Below are positions 1-13,700 of a stretch of DNA of 64,000 bases, one piece after another (the stretch's first letter is position 1; each line of letters opens with the position of its first letter). Source of the DNA: Nemertoderma westbladi (taxonomy: Eukaryota > Animalia > Xenacoelomorpha); the NCBI GenBank assembly GCA_032718475.1, contig JAUCBJ010001884.1:1-64000 (forward strand), read 5' to 3'. The notes beneath the pieces were generated by a model. That model was not told where the DNA came from and searched no databases. It saw only the letters and a list, made by a program, of their open reading frames with translations. The position numbers and the translations under genes are program-made.

Positions 1-660
1 GTGACAAGAAACTCCCTACAAATCGCAATTGGCTGGAATTTGAACCAGAGATAGTTTGACCTCTCCGACCACTTACTGGGTGAGTCAGAATTTTTATTTT
101 TACTTTGATTCCGCCTTTGATTGCACCAGTCGCACCGTAGTTATTCTGCAACCTTCAACCTTACTGTAGAGTTTTAGTTTATAACTTTTACAAAAACCTT
201 TGACTTTTAATGAGAAATAGCCGAGATATAAGAATCTAATAATCATAATATCTAATATTGCATGTTTTAGCTGGAGATCATTTATCATTTATTGGAATAC
301 TTTAAAATAAGGGTAAAAAAAGGTTTTTTTTTCACGACTACTGGCGCTTTCGCTAAACATTTACACTAAAAATGACATACAGGTTGTAGCTGAACTTGAC
401 ATCTGATAACATCGGCACTTTTTTTTAAGATACACCCCAACGAGGTAAGATAATTTATTTTATTAATTAATTATTAGTAGAAACAATCAAAAATATGAAT
501 ATTATTATAATATTATCATTATATTATTATAAGTACGAATTATAGCGTTTAGTGTGGTTTGTTTATAATTAATAATTTAAAAGTTGTAATAATATAAAAC
601 TTCATAACCTCGGCAGTTTACAAGAGCTGGTGGAAGTAAAACGGAAAACAATAAGAAGTC

Positions 661-1370
661 AGAGAGGGAGTCTGGAGTTCGGGTTTTAGTGAGGGAGACT
701 GGAGTTCGGGTTTTGGAGTTAGTGAGGGAGACTGGAGTTCGGGTTTTAGTGAGGGAGACTGGAGTTCGGGTTTTAGTGAGGGAGACTGGAGTTCGGGTTT
801 TAGTGAGGGAGACTGGAGTTCGAGTTTTGGAGTTAGTGAGGGAGACTGGAGTTCGGGTTTTAGTGAGGGAGACTGGAGTTCGGGTTTTGGAGTTAGTGAG
901 GGAGACTGGAGTTCGGGTTTTAGTGAGGGAGACTGGAGTTCGGGTTTTAGTGAGGGAGACTGGAGTTCGGGTTTTAGTGAGGGAGACTGGAGTTCGGGTT
1001 TTAGTGAGGGAGACTGGAGTTCGGGTTTTAGTGAGGGAGACTGGAGTTCGGGTTTTAGTCAGGGAGACTGGAGTTTGGGTTTTAGTGAGGGAGACTGGAG
1101 TTCGGGTTTTAGTGAGGGAGACTGGAGTTCGGGTTTTAGTGAGGGAGACTGGAGTTCGGGTTTAGTGAGGGAGACTGGAGTTCGGGTTTTAGTCAGGGAG
1201 ACTGGAGTTTGGGTTTTAGTGAGGGAGACTGGAGTTCGTTTTAGTGAGGGAGACTGGAGTTCGGGTTTTGGAGTTAGTGAGGGAGACTGGAGTTCGGGTT
1301 TTAGTGAGGGAGACTGGAGTTCGGGTTTTTCCGAGCAGTTAGTGAGGGAGACTGAAGTTCGGGTTTTTCC
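661..1370. repeat. 27-bp minisatellite (TAGTGAGGGAGACTGGAGTTCGGGTTT)n with occasional 33-bp variants
   Basis: Tandem units are read directly; the RETGVRVLV ORFs are translations of the repeat. Confidence 0.95.
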
Positions 1371-1744
1371 CTAGAGGAGTGTTTGGATGCGCAGTAATTT
1401 GAAGAACTTTTAATAATCAGAATTTTAAAAACTGTAAATTCAAGTAGGCTTGAGTGTTTTGTATATCTGTCTGTTTGCTTGAACTTATAATTGGTACACT
1501 CATTCGATAATAGGGGCTAGAAATTAACTTACAAATTAAGATTTTAGAGGAATAGAAATTAGCTTAATTTCTTTATTTTCAAGATCCTTCAAATTAAAGT
1601 GGCCTGCACATCACATTGTAATGTATTACATGATATGTTACAGATTAGATTAAATTAATTTATTGACATTGACATAATAAAGATCATCCACGTGCGACTG
1701 GTAAACGCCAATAAGTTGGACGCAATAAAAAATGATCCCTCTCC

Positions 1745-1860
1745 AAGGGAAATTCTACGCAAATAACAGCTGATTGCTCTCAAAAATAAAATTACAGTAT
1801 TGTATTAGTTTACTGTTTTGGTTAAAAGAAGGTGCCACTGTAACCTGCTCCTTTCCATAA
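1745..1860. repeat. Short dispersed repeat (probable non-autonomous TE terminus); related copies near 14854-14905 (+), 24200-24262 (inverted) and 35205-35260 (inverted)
   Basis: aaggga...aaataacagctgatt..ctcaaaaat recurs near 14854; gttttggtta...ctgtaacctgctcctttcc is the reverse complement of ggaaa(g/a)gagcaggttacag...taaccaaaac near 24204 and 35209. Confidence 0.6.
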
Positions 1861-3719
1861 ATTGAGAGTTTAACATTGAGGCGGATATTAATTCGCCAAG
1901 ATGGGATTTGCGTCTTGTTCCCCCCCCCCCCCCCCCCCCCCCCTCCCCCCGTCTCAAACATATAGAATAAAACACAGACAAGCGGTAAACATAAAGGAAA
2001 ACTCAGACAACGTGTAAAAACATAAAGGAAAACTCAGACAAGGTGTAAACATAATGCTAACATTAACAAACAACAGCAGTAGGACTGATATTACGGATAA
2101 CCAATAATGATTTAAGCCATACATAGATAATCAGTATCGGTTCGGTGTGATGAGCAATGATTGTAAAAGGAGCAAACCAGTCAATTTATAAGGCAGAGGA
2201 GATACCAGTCAGTATATAGTCAATTAAGTATAAATATAATACTTACTGTAATTTGTAAAAAACGCAATCAACAAGTAAAGTAAAATAAATTAATACAAAT
2301 AAGTAATGTTCTTCGATAAGAGAAAAGTATCTAAGAAGCGTTTTTGTCACTAATTTTAATTGACAGAAATTCTATTATTCTGTCCAATGTGTTGAGTTTT
2401 GCACACGACCGGTCCAACGAGTTGACAGGTTTTTAGGACGAACGAGGCGAATTCTAGAATTCCATCAAGTGAAATTACAGTATGTAGTGATACAAGGAGT
2501 TCTTTCCGACAAGTTTTTTGAACAGAGACACTAATTTATCTCAAAATTTTAACGATTTCCTGGAATTGATTGATGCGTAATTTTAACTGCAGTAGGCCCA
2601 TTGCAGTACCAGTAATGGGAAATAGTTGTAATATATAATTGTCAATACGATGCGATTGTATTATTATGAATTATCATTTACTTGGTATATACAAATTGTC
2701 ATATGATATATTATTTTTTCGAATTATTATATAATTCAAGTAGTGTATGCACGTTCGTGGGGCCTTCGCGCAGCACGAGGCTCAGTTATGAGATACAGAT
2801 TAATATTGAGCGATTCTACAGTATCACAAACTCTAAGAAATTTAACCAAACACCAGTAAATCAAAGAGAGGGAATAAGCCCCCCCCCCCCTCTTAACCTC
2901 CCTCTTAATCTGCACCACCCCAACCCAAAGGCGCACACAGGATTGATGAAAGGCAGAGGTAGGCTACTGTATTAAAATAAAATTTGTGTTTTAAAAGTTA
3001 TATTTATTTTTAATATAACACAAAATACAACTGGAAGCGATTCACAAATATACAAGCAGCACAAATTTCTAGCAAAAATAATTAAAGATCGCATATTATT
3101 TAATTTACTTCAACCAACAAAAAAATCAATAAACTCATGTTACAGTATTGGTAACATGTTAAACTCATAAAGTAATATATTAAATTTTAAGCGTGGAGGC
3201 GACCCAATTTGTAAGAAATATAAAACTTACCTTATGCCGATAGTATTGATACTGAGATATTAATTTATCATGTCAACACCTCAACGAAATTATTTAGCTA
3301 ATTATTCTGAAGAATCATGATTAAGTACTCGGCCAATCATTTTGTAAGCTAAACACAATAACCAAGCTGGCTTATTAGTCTGGCTCATTACAATGCTGCC
3401 TTTGAGTAGAGGTGGGGTGTGGTTGGACTGGTTCCCCTTCCAAGCTAGGCTAGGCATGCCAAGGAAGGAGGGAGCTATAGCTGGAGACGGGGCATTTTAA
3501 TAACTTAATTACGTTTAGATCAATTAAAAACACATTTCTTAAAGCAATTATCTTGAACTAATTAAAATCTATAATGGAATGGGGTATGGGGAATACAGTT
3601 GTATAATTTTTAAGTATAATTATTTAAGTCTTATACTAGAAATAATTAATATCCTTTAAGAGGCAGGTTGAAAACTCTAATCAACTTATTTAACTAATTA
3701 ACTGCTATTATCTTAGCTT

Positions 3720-3995
3720 CTCGAAGGCCACTCAGAAATTCAACTTGTAAATTTCTAAACTTTTGCCAGACTACATGTGTACCAATTTTGGATAGATTTC
3801 ATTACTATTTGGCTGCGTTATTAACGTTTAAAATTGAACATAACAGAACAACAGAACGACAGACATACCGATTGAGTTAGTGGTACCCGTATGCTAAGCT
3901 CGCTTTCTTTCGTGGCTCGCCCCACAACAGACACACCGATTGAGTTAGTGGTACCCGTATGCTAAGCTCGCTTACTTTCGTGGCTCGCCCCACAT
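3720..3995 (+). mobile_element. Possible HINE/DINE-1 (Helentron-associated)-like remnant with a tandemly duplicated ~68-bp end
   Basis: acagac-type microrepeat followed by two near-identical copies of ccgattgagttagtggtacccgtatgctaagctcgct..tttcgtggctcgccccaca. The duplication is seen directly; the family assignment is inference. Confidence 0.4.
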
Positions 3996-4139
3996 ATCCT
4001 TTTCAGCAGATTCCACATGAATGAAATGCGGTATTCAGCGCATCTTACTACATAAATCCACATCTGTCAATCATATCGTATCATATCAGATCAAATTTAA
4101 TTGAAATATTAAGGATTCGAATCTATGAAAATTTGCTGC

Positions 4140-4203
4140 TGCAACCAGGTCTCGAACTCTGTAAGTAATAGTACAGCACCTGTGCTCTCACCACTGAGCT
4201 AAA
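4140..4203 (-). mobile_element. Degenerate tRNA-derived SINE head
   Basis: Minus strand reads TAGCTCAGTGGTGAGAGCAC (A box) ... GAGTTCGAGACC (B box); no complete cloverleaf. Confidence 0.45.
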
Positions 4204-4588
4204 ATGATGTACTTTCTGGTACTAAAATAGTGATTGAAAGACTTTCTGCCATTACTTTAGTGGTAGAAAATAATCAAGTGCGCAAGGGCACTACTTTCTT
4301 ACTTTTCTGTTTTCTACAAAACTCTTGTCAACCTTTCTATCTGTCAAATTTTCTGGCAACCAACACATGGAAAGCGTAGCCGTGGACGACCGGCTATATC
4401 ATATATTATACCAACTTGAAAGGGGTACTGGACTTAAGAGAGCTGAAAAGAGCTACTTTTTACACAATTGTGTAATTTTTTTTACTTTATACTTTATTTT
4501 TTTTACTTATACAAAAACTAAATACCCATATCTACTCATTCATCTGCAGGTTGGTTATACCCATTCGAGTTTCGCATCTCCGGTATTG

Positions 4589-6859
4589 ATGGCGAGTGGT
4601 GCCAGCGTGTCAGCCCATACCCCAACCTGCGCACTCGCGGCTACTACAAACACCGACACACAATGCAATGAGGATGATTCGACCTCCATCGCTTCTCAAC
4701 CCACCGTTATAGTCTCCCGATATGGATGGGGGCGCCTTACTCCCAACTTCCTACAATTCGCCAACGATACGCGCTGGGCCCTCGTCATCCTGTCTATGAT
4801 AGCCCTCGCCACAAACATGGTTGTCAACACCCCCAGCATGTTCTCCACCTTGGAACGGCGGTTCCACTTCACTGCGGCGCAGACTGGCGCTCTTGTCGCC
4901 ACCTACGATATATCGGTTACCTTGGCAATCCTCCCGGAGACTTACTATGGCGGACGGAAGAGTAAGCCTCTCGTCGTTGGGATCGGCACTCTTCTGGGCG
5001 CTGTGGGCTGCACGATGTATTATCTGCCGCATTTTGTTTCTGGTTACTACATTCCACCTAGTCAGAAGGAGATGCAATGGACACAGAGCCCCGATGCCTC
5101 CAAGCTAATCATTGGCATTGCTAATGATTCCTTACTCCCGCCAATTGCAGCTGCTAACATTATACCACCCCCGATCTCAACCGCAGATATCGACTCGATT
5201 CAAGAAGAGAGTTTGTCAAGATATTTTTCTGTATTTGTCATCGCTACGGCACTCATTGGCATTGGAAATGCCCCACAGTATCCGCTGCACACGACCTATT
5301 TCTTCGAGAATTTGTCTTCCAGATTCGCCCCAATCTACCTCGGTATCTACTTCGCGATCACATTTATAGGCCCGGCTCTTGGCTTCACCTTGAGTGGAAT
5401 CTTTCTTAAGCTGCCTGTAGACTTGAGGGATATGGGTCTGGACGATTCTGATCCTCGATTCATTGGGGCTTGGTGGTTGAATCACACTGTGGTTGCCGCT
5501 ATCCTTTTCCTCTCATTCATTCCGGTTCTTGGGCTGCCAAACCGACTGCGTGGACGGCATTCCTTGTTGGAAGAAGGTGAGCTGGTAGAAGACGAAGAAA
5601 CGAATGAGTCATTGGACCAAAAACCGACAGAATCCAAGGCTAAAAAGTCCCTGAGGATAATTGCCCGGGAGCTCTCCGGGGATGGCCCCCCTCCCAAGGA
5701 GCCGAGTCTCTCGGAGTTGCCGCGGTTGTTGATGCTGAATCTTTGCAACCCGGTTCTCGTCCTCATCACGGTCGCCCGAACTATCGAGGTTTGGGGGATC
5801 AACTCGGTGCTTCCATTCATGGTCAAATACCTCGAACACCAATTCAACTTGACCCCAAGTACTTGTAGCTTTATAATCGGCGGGGTTATGTTCCCGTTAG
5901 CGTGCACCGGTCTGCTTGTGGGCGGCTGGATCGTGAAGTCCTTCAAACTCAATGTGCAACAGATGTTCCGCATGGTGATTATACTCAATGTGGTGTGCAT
6001 GCCGTTGCACGCGTCCTTCCTGGTTACTTGTCGACAGCAGTCTTTCCCCGGGGTCACCTCCCCCTATCCCGCCGACATTCCCACCGCATTCTCAGAGGGA
6101 GACAACGCCACACTCCAACTCCCTGGTGAGATCGACCTGGTTAGAGGCTGCAACCGGCATCTGCACTGCAAGTTGGACGAATTCGACCCGGCTTGCGGCC
6201 TTGGCCACAACCTCTATTCGCCGTGCATGGCGGGCTGCATCTCGGGTCGGCAGGAGTGCTACTGTCTGCAGGACACATCGGACTCTCGTAACATATCCTC
6301 CCTGACTGTGGAACCAGGATTCTGCCAACAGGGCTGCAACAAGGTATATATATACTTCCCCATGCTCGCTATCCTAGTGTTTCTAGGTGTTATGAACGGG
6401 GTCCCGTACATGATGCTCTTTCTCAACGTGGTCCATCCCTCCCACAAACCAATGGGTATCGCTCTCGTTAGCACATTTATTCGCCTTCTCTCCAACATCC
6501 CGGCCCCTTTACTCTTCGGTAAACTAATCGACTCGACCTGCTCCCTGTGGTCCCCCAACGACTCGGTCCGCGGTTCCTCCTACTGTATCTGGTACGACAC
6601 GTGGACTTTGAGTCTCTCGTTTTTCTGTATCACTCTGATCCCCGCTGTTTCCGCATTCTTCCTCCAGTTGGTCGCTTACCGACTCTACGCCAAATACGAG
6701 ACGGTGGAGCGACCCAGACGGAAGCGCCGTAGGTCGTCGTCCCGTTGCAGTGACGGGAGCAGACCGCCGCCCGAATCAACCGAAACCAAGAGATTGTCAA
6801 ACATTCTGGAAGTTACCGATGATATTCAACGTTCAGAAACACGGGAGACCTTCGCCTAG
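4589..6859 (+). CDS. SLCO: Organic anion transporting polypeptide (OATP/SLCO family), 756 aa, coding region in one exon
   Basis: STLERRFHF..TGALVATYDI and YYGGR N-terminal motifs; OATP signature DPRFIGAWW; Kazal-like loop CNRHLHC..FDPACG..YSPCMAGC; multiple TM segments. The ATG at 4589 lies just after a likely splice acceptor (catctgcAG, 4548-4549), so 4325-4549 of the listed ORF is probably intron. Confidence 0.93.
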   Translation: MASGASVSAHTPTCALAATTNTDTQCNEDDSTSIASQPTVIVSRYGWGRLTPNFLQFANDTRWALVILSMIALATNMVVNTPSMFSTLERRFHFTAAQTGALVATYDISVTLAILPETYYGGRKSKPLVVGIGTLLGAVGCTMYYLPHFVSGYYIPPSQKEMQWTQSPDASKLIIGIANDSLLPPIAAANIIPPPISTADIDSIQEESLSRYFSVFVIATALIGIGNAPQYPLHTTYFFENLSSRFAPIYLGIYFAITFIGPALGFTLSGIFLKLPVDLRDMGLDDSDPRFIGAWWLNHTVVAAILFLSFIPVLGLPNRLRGRHSLLEEGELVEDEETNESLDQKPTESKAKKSLRIIARELSGDGPPPKEPSLSELPRLLMLNLCNPVLVLITVARTIEVWGINSVLPFMVKYLEHQFNLTPSTCSFIIGGVMFPLACTGLLVGGWIVKSFKLNVQQMFRMVIILNVVCMPLHASFLVTCRQQSFPGVTSPYPADIPTAFSEGDNATLQLPGEIDLVRGCNRHLHCKLDEFDPACGLGHNLYSPCMAGCISGRQECYCLQDTSDSRNISSLTVEPGFCQQGCNKVYIYFPMLAILVFLGVMNGVPYMMLFLNVVHPSHKPMGIALVSTFIRLLSNIPAPLLFGKLIDSTCSLWSPNDSVRGSSYCIWYDTWTLSLSFFCITLIPAVSAFFLQLVAYRLYAKYETVERPRRKRRRSSSRCSDGSRPPPESTETKRLSNILEVTDDIQRSETRETFA

Positions 6860-7734
6860 CCTTACGTCTTTATTATTTAGCAAATTTTAATTTTTTTTGT
6901 GCCATAATATTTATATATCTGGTTTTGGTTTTGTATATCGTTTTTTTATATACAACATTTCCATATAATAATGGTGGCCTTTCTTATGTTCGAGTAAATT
7001 GGTTGTTACTTAGTTAAATAGATTAGTTATAATGGCTGAATAAGTAAATAATAATTTCGTCTACGTACAGTCAGTAATAATAATTATGTGTATATATAGT
7101 TTGTAAATCGATAAATTTATTATGGAATATATTTTTCGTATATGTTGCCATATATTATATCATTAGCAGATACTCACACAAATTTATTCATTATATATTT
7201 TTTTTAAACACAGACCACTCCTCTTGCGCACAGTAGTTGAACTTTGCAGTAATTTTATATCATTCAGTAAAAGGTATTTTATTAATTTTTACCCGAAGAA
7301 GAATATCCCCAATATTTGGGACTGTACAACACAGTATCAGTGCTATTATGGTATTTAGTTAGTTTAGCATTGAGGAAATAAAGAATAAAGATGATTTATA
7401 AATAGTTTTATTTTCGAGTAAGACTGTCTAGTTCTAGATTCTAAAATATTTTCTTTTAAGGTAAATTTATTTATTTTGCGAACAGCGGGTTAATCTACCT
7501 GAGTGGTCGATGGTCTTGTCCCGCAAGAGTGTCCACCTGTCCGTCAGACAGACACTGGGCAGACGGACTTTATTGTTTTTAACATTAATGATGCGCTCCC
7601 ATTAATTCAATAAAAGTTTAGTCCTCCAAGTAAACTTGCCAGAAGTTTAGAAGTGCCAGAAGTACGGCAGCATGGTTTGGCAGAGCTAATGTCTATTCTA
7701 CTAATAAAATCATTGTTTTTGGTGCAATGGGTGT

Positions 7735-10700
7735 TATTACTTGAGAACATTGAACCCGAAGTTGTTTTCCGGTTGTTTTTCTCGAGAACATTGAACCCAA
7801 CTTTGTTTTCCAGTTGTTTTTCTCGAACACTGAACCCAACACTGTTTTCCGGTTGTTTTTCTCAAGAACATTGAACCCAACACTGTTTTTCTGTTGTTTA
7901 TTACTTGGGAACATTGAACCCAACGTTGTTTTTCTCAAGAACATTGAACCCGAAGTTGTTTTTCTTGAGAACATTGAACCCGAAGTTGTTTTCCGGTTGT
8001 TTTTCTCGAGAACATTGAACCCAACTTTGTTTTCCAGTTGTTTTTCTCGAACACTGAACCCAACACTGTTTTCCGGTTGTTTTTCTCGAGAACATTGAAC
8101 CCGAAGTTGTTTTCCGGTTGTTTTTCTCGAGAACATTGAACCCAACTTTGTTTTCCAGTTGTTTTTCTCGAACACTGAACCCAACACTGTTTTCCGGTTG
8201 TTTTTCTCAAGAACATTGAACCCAACACTGTTTTTCTGTTGTTTATTACTTGGGAACATTGAACCCAACGTTGTTTTTCTCAAGAACATTGAACCCGAAG
8301 TTGTTTTTCTTGAGAACATTGAACCCGAAGTTGTTTTCCGGTTGTTTTTCTCGAGAACATTGAACCCAACTTTGTTTTCCAGTTGTTTTTCTCGAACACT
8401 GAACCCAACACTGTTTTCCGGTTGTTTTTCTCGAGAACATTGAACCCGAAGTTGTTTTCCGGTTGTTTTTCTCGAGAACATTGAACCCAACTTTGTTTTC
8501 CAGTTGTTTTTCTCGAGAACATTGAACCCAACACTGTTTTTCTGTTGTTTATTACTTGGGAACATTGAACCCAACGTTGTTTTTCTCAAGAACATTGAAC
8601 CCGAAGTTGTTTTTCTTGAGAACATTGAACCCGAAGTTGTTTTCCGGTTGTTTTTCTCGAGAACATTGAACCCAACTTTGTTTTCCAGTTGTTATTCTCG
8701 AACACTGAACTCAACGCTGTTTTCCTGTTGTAATTAATTACTCAAGAAAATTGAACCCAACACTGTTTTTATGTTGTTTATTACTTGAGAAAATTGAACC
8801 AAAAGATGTTTTTCTTGAGAACATTGAACCCGAAGTTGTTTTCCGGTTGTTTTTCTCGAGAACATTGAACCCGAAGTTGTTTTCCGGTTGTTTTTCTCGA
8901 GAACATTGAACCCAACTTTGTTTTCCAGTTGTTTTTCTCGAACACTGAACCCAACACTGTTTTCCGGTTGTTTTTCTCGAGAACATTGAACCCGAAGTTG
9001 TTTTCCGGTTGTTTTTCTCGAGAACATTGAACCCAACTTTGTTTTCCAGTTGTTTTTCTCGAACACTGAACCCAACGCTGTTTTCCTGTTGTAATTAATT
9101 ACTCAAGAAAATTGAACCCAACACTGTTTTTATGTTGTTTATTACTTGAGAAAATTGAACCCAAAGATGTTTTTCTTGAGAACATTGAACCCGAAGTTGT
9201 TTTCCGGTTGTTTTTCTCGAGAACATTGAACCCGAAGTTGTTTTCCGGTTGTTTTTCTCGAGAACATTGAACCCGAAGTTGTTTTCCGGTTGTTTTTCTC
9301 GAGAACATTGAACCCGAAGTTGTTTTCCGGTTGTTTTTCTCGAGAACATTGAACCCGAAGTTGTTTTCCGGTTGTTTTTCTCGAGAACATTGAACCCAAC
9401 TTTGTTTTCCAGTTGGTTTTCTCGAACACTGAACCCAACGCTGTTTTCCTGTTGTAATTAATTACTCAAGAAAATTGAACCCAACACTATTTTTATGTTG
9501 TTTATTACTTGAGAAAATTGAACCCAAAGATGTTTTTCTTGAGAACATTGAACCCGAAGTTGTTTTCCGGTTGTTTTTCTCGAGAACATTGAACCCGAAG
9601 TTGTTTTCCGGTTGTTTTTCTCGAGAACATTGAACCCGAAGTTGTTTTCCGGTTGTTTTTCTCGAGAACATTGAACCCAACGTTGTTTTCCGGTTGTTTT
9701 TCTCGAGAACATTGAACCCAACTTTGTTTTCCAGTTGGTTTTCTCGAACACTGAACCCAACGCTGTTTTCCTGTTGTAATTAATTACTCAAGAAAATTGA
9801 ACCCAACACTGTTTTTATGTTGTTTATTACTTGAGAAAATTGAACCCAAAGATGTTTTTCTTGAGAACATTGAACCCGAAGTTGTTTTCCGGTTGTTTTT
9901 CTCGAGAACATTGAACCCAACTTTGTTTTCCAGTTGGTTTTCTCGAACACTGAACCCAACGCTGTTTTCCTGTTGTAATTAATTACTCAAGAAAATTGAA
10001 CCCAACACTGTTTTTATGTTGTTTATTACTTGAGAAAATTGAACCCAAAGATGTTTTTCTTGAGAACATTGAACCCGAAGTTGTTTTCCGGTTGTTTTTC
10101 TCGAGAACATTGAACCCGAAGTTGTTTTCCGGTTGTTTTTCTCGAGAACATTGAACCCGAAGTTGTTTTCCGGTTGTTTTTCTCGAGAACATTGAACCCA
10201 ACGTTGTTTTCCGGTTGTTTTTCTCGAGAACATTGAACCCGAAGTTGTTTTCCGGTTGTTTTTCTCGAGAACATTGAACCCAACTTTGTTTTCCAGTTGT
10301 TTTTCTCGAACACTGAACCCAACGCTGTTTTCCTGTTGTAATTAATTACTCAAGAAAATTGAACCCAACACTGTTTTTATGTTGTTTATTACTTGAGAAA
10401 ATTGAACACAAAGATGTTTTTCTTGAGAACATTGAACCCGAAGTTGTTTTCCGGTTGTTTTTCTCGAGAACATTGAACCCGAAGTTGTTTTCCGGTTGTT
10501 TTTCTCGAGAACATTGAACCCAACTTTGTTTTCCGGTTGTTTTTCTCGAGAACATTGAACCCAACTTTGTTTTCCGGTTGTTTTTCTCGAGAACATTGAA
10601 CCCAACTTTGTTTTCCAGTTGTTTTTCTCGAACACTGAACCCAACGCTGTTTTCCTGTTGTAATTAATTACTCAAGAAAATTGAACCCAACACTGTTTTT

Positions 10701-13700
10701 ATGTTGTTTATTACTTGAGAAAATTGAACCCAAAGATGTTTTTCTTGAGAACATTGAACCCGAAGTTGTTTTCCGGTTGTTTTTCTCGAGAACATTGAAC
10801 CCAACTTTGTTTTCCAGTTGTTTTTCTCGAACACTGAACCCAACGCTGTTTTCCTGTTGTAATTAATTACTCAAGAAAATTGAACCCAACACTGTTTTTA
10901 TGTTGTTTATTACTTGAGAAAATTGAACCCAAAGATGTTTTTCTTGAGAACATTGAACCCGAAGTTGTTTTCCGGTTGTTTTTCTCGAGAACATTGAACC
11001 CAACGTTGTTTTCCGGTTGTTTTTCTCGAGAACATTGAACCCGAAGTTGTTTTCCGGTTGTTTTTCTCGAGAACATTGAACCCAACTTTGTTTTCCAGTT
11101 GTTTTTCTCGAACACTGAACCCAACGCTGTTTTCCTGTTGTAATTAATTACTCAAGAAAATTGAACCCAACACTGTTTTTATGTTGTTTATTACTTGAGA
11201 AAATTGAACCCAAAGATGTTTTTCTCGAGAACATTGAACCCGAAGTTGTTTTCCGGTTGTTTTTCTCGAGAACATTGAACCCGAAGTTGTTTTCCGGTTG
11301 TTTTTCTCGAGAACATTGAACCCAACTTTGTTTTCCAGTTGTTTTTCTCGAACACTGAACCCAACACTGTTTTTATGTTGTTTATTACATGAGAACATTG
11401 AACCCAAAGTTGTTTTCCTGTTGTTTTTCTCGAGAACATTGAACCCAACTTTGTTTTCCAGTTGTTTTTCTCGAACACTGAACCCAACGCTGTTTTTATG
11501 TTGTTTATTACATGAGAACATTGAACCCAAAGTTGTTTTCCTGTTGTTTTTCTCGAGAACATTGAACCCAACTTTGTTTTCCAGTTGTTTTTCTCGAACA
11601 CTGAACCCAACGCTGTTTTCCTGTTGTAATTACTCGAGAACATTGAACCCAACGCTGTTTTCCAGTTGTTTTTCTCGAACACTGAACCCAACGCTGTTTT
11701 CCTGTTGTAATTAATTACTCAAGAAAATTGAACCCAACACTGTTTTTATGTTGTTTATTACTTGAGAAAATTGAACCCAAAGATGTTTTTCTCGAGAACA
11801 TTGAACCCGAAGTTGTTTTCCGGTTGTTTTTCTCGAGAACATTGAACCCGAAGTTGTTTTCCGGTTGTTTTTCTCGAGAACATTGAACCCAACTTTGTTT
11901 TCCAGTTGTTTTTCTCGAACACTGAACCCAACGCTGTTTTCCTGTTGTAATTACTCGAGAACATTGAACCCAACGCTGTTTTCCTGTTGCAATTAATTAC
12001 TCAAGAAAATTGAACCCAACACTGTTTTTATGTTGTTTATTACTTGAGAAAATTGAACCCAAAGATGTTTTTCTCGAGAACATTGAACCCGAAGTTGTTT
12101 TCCGGTTGTTTTTCTCGAGAACATTGAACCCAACTTTGTTTTTCTCGAGAACATTGAACCCAACTTTGTTTTCCAGTTGTTTTTCTCGAACACTGAACCC
12201 AACTTTGTTTTCCAGTTGTTTTTCTCGAACACTGAACCCAACACTGTTTTCCGGTTGTTTTTCTTGAGAACATTGAACCCGAAGTTGTTTTCCGGTTGTT
12301 TTTCTCGAGAACATTGAACCCAACTTTGTTTTCCAGTTGTTTTTCTCGAACACTGAACCCAACTTTGTTTTCCAGTTGTTTTTCTCGAACACTGAACCCA
12401 ACACTGTTTTCCGGTTGTTTTTCTCGAGAACATTGAACCCGAAGTTGTTTTCCGGTTGTTTTTCTCGAGAACATTGAACCCAACTTTGTTTTCCAGTTGT
12501 TTTTCTCGAACACTGAACCCAACGCTGTTTTCCTGTTGTAATTAATTACTCAAGAAAATTGAACCCAACACTGTTTTTATGTTGTTTATTACTTGAGAAA
12601 ATTGAACCCAAAGATGTTTTTCTCGAGAACATTGAACCCGAAGTTGTTTTCCGGTTGTTTTTCTCGAGAACATTGAACCCGAAGTTGTTTTCCGGTTGTT
12701 TTTCTCAAGAACATTGAACCCAACTTTGTTTTCCAGTTGTTTTTCTCGAACACTGAACCCAACACTGTTTTCCGGTTGTTTTTCTCGAGAACATTGAACC
12801 CGAAGTTGTTTTCCGGTTGTTTTTCTCGAGAACATTGAACCCAACTTTGTTTTCCAGTTGTTTTTCTCGAACACTGAACCCAACGCTGTTTTCCTGTTGT
12901 AATTAATTACTCAAGAAAATTGAACCCAACACTGTTTTTATGTTGTTTATTACTTGAGAAAATTGAACCCAAAGATGTTTTTCTTGAGAACATTGAACCC
13001 GAAGTTGTTTTCCGGTTGTTTTTCTCGAGAACATTGAACCCGAAGTTGTTTTCCGGTTGTTTTTCTCGAGAACATTGAACCCAACTTTGTTTTCCAGTTG
13101 TTTTTCTCGAACACTGAACCCAACACTGTTTTCCGGTTGTTTTTCTCGAGAACATTGAACCCAACACTGTTTTCCGGTTGTTTGTCTCGAGAACATTGAA
13201 CCCGAAGTTGTTTTCCGGTTGTTTTTCTCGAGAACATTGAACCCAACTTTGTTTTCCAGTTGTTTTTCTCGAACACTGAACCCAACACTGTTTTCCGGTT
13301 GTTTGTCTCGAGAACATTGAACCCGAAGTTGTTTTCCGGTTGTTTTTCTCGAGAACATTGAACCCAACTTTGTTTTCCAGTTGTTTTTCTCGAGAACACT
13401 GAACCCAACGCTGTTTTCCTGTTGTAATTAATTACTCAAGAAAATTGAACCCAACACTGTTTTTATGTTGTTTATTACTTGAGAAAATTGAACCCAAAGA
13501 TGTTTTTCTTGAGAACATTGAACCCGAAGTTGTTTTCCGGTTGTTTTTCTCGAGAACATTGAACCCAACTTTGTTTTCCAGTTGTTTTTCTCGAACACTG
13601 AACCCAACACTGTTTTCCGGTTGTTTGTCTCGAGAACATTGAACCCGAAGTTGTTTTCCGGTTGTTTTTCTCGAGAACATTGAACCCAACTTTGTTTTCC

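Noticed and set aside
689-1374. RETGVRVLV / FSEGDWSSG proteins
   Set aside because: Translations of a 27-bp minisatellite.
4325-4588. N-terminal extension of the OATP ORF
   Set aside because: Starts at TTG, is AT-rich and intron-like, and ends in a splice acceptor; ATG 4589 is more plausible.
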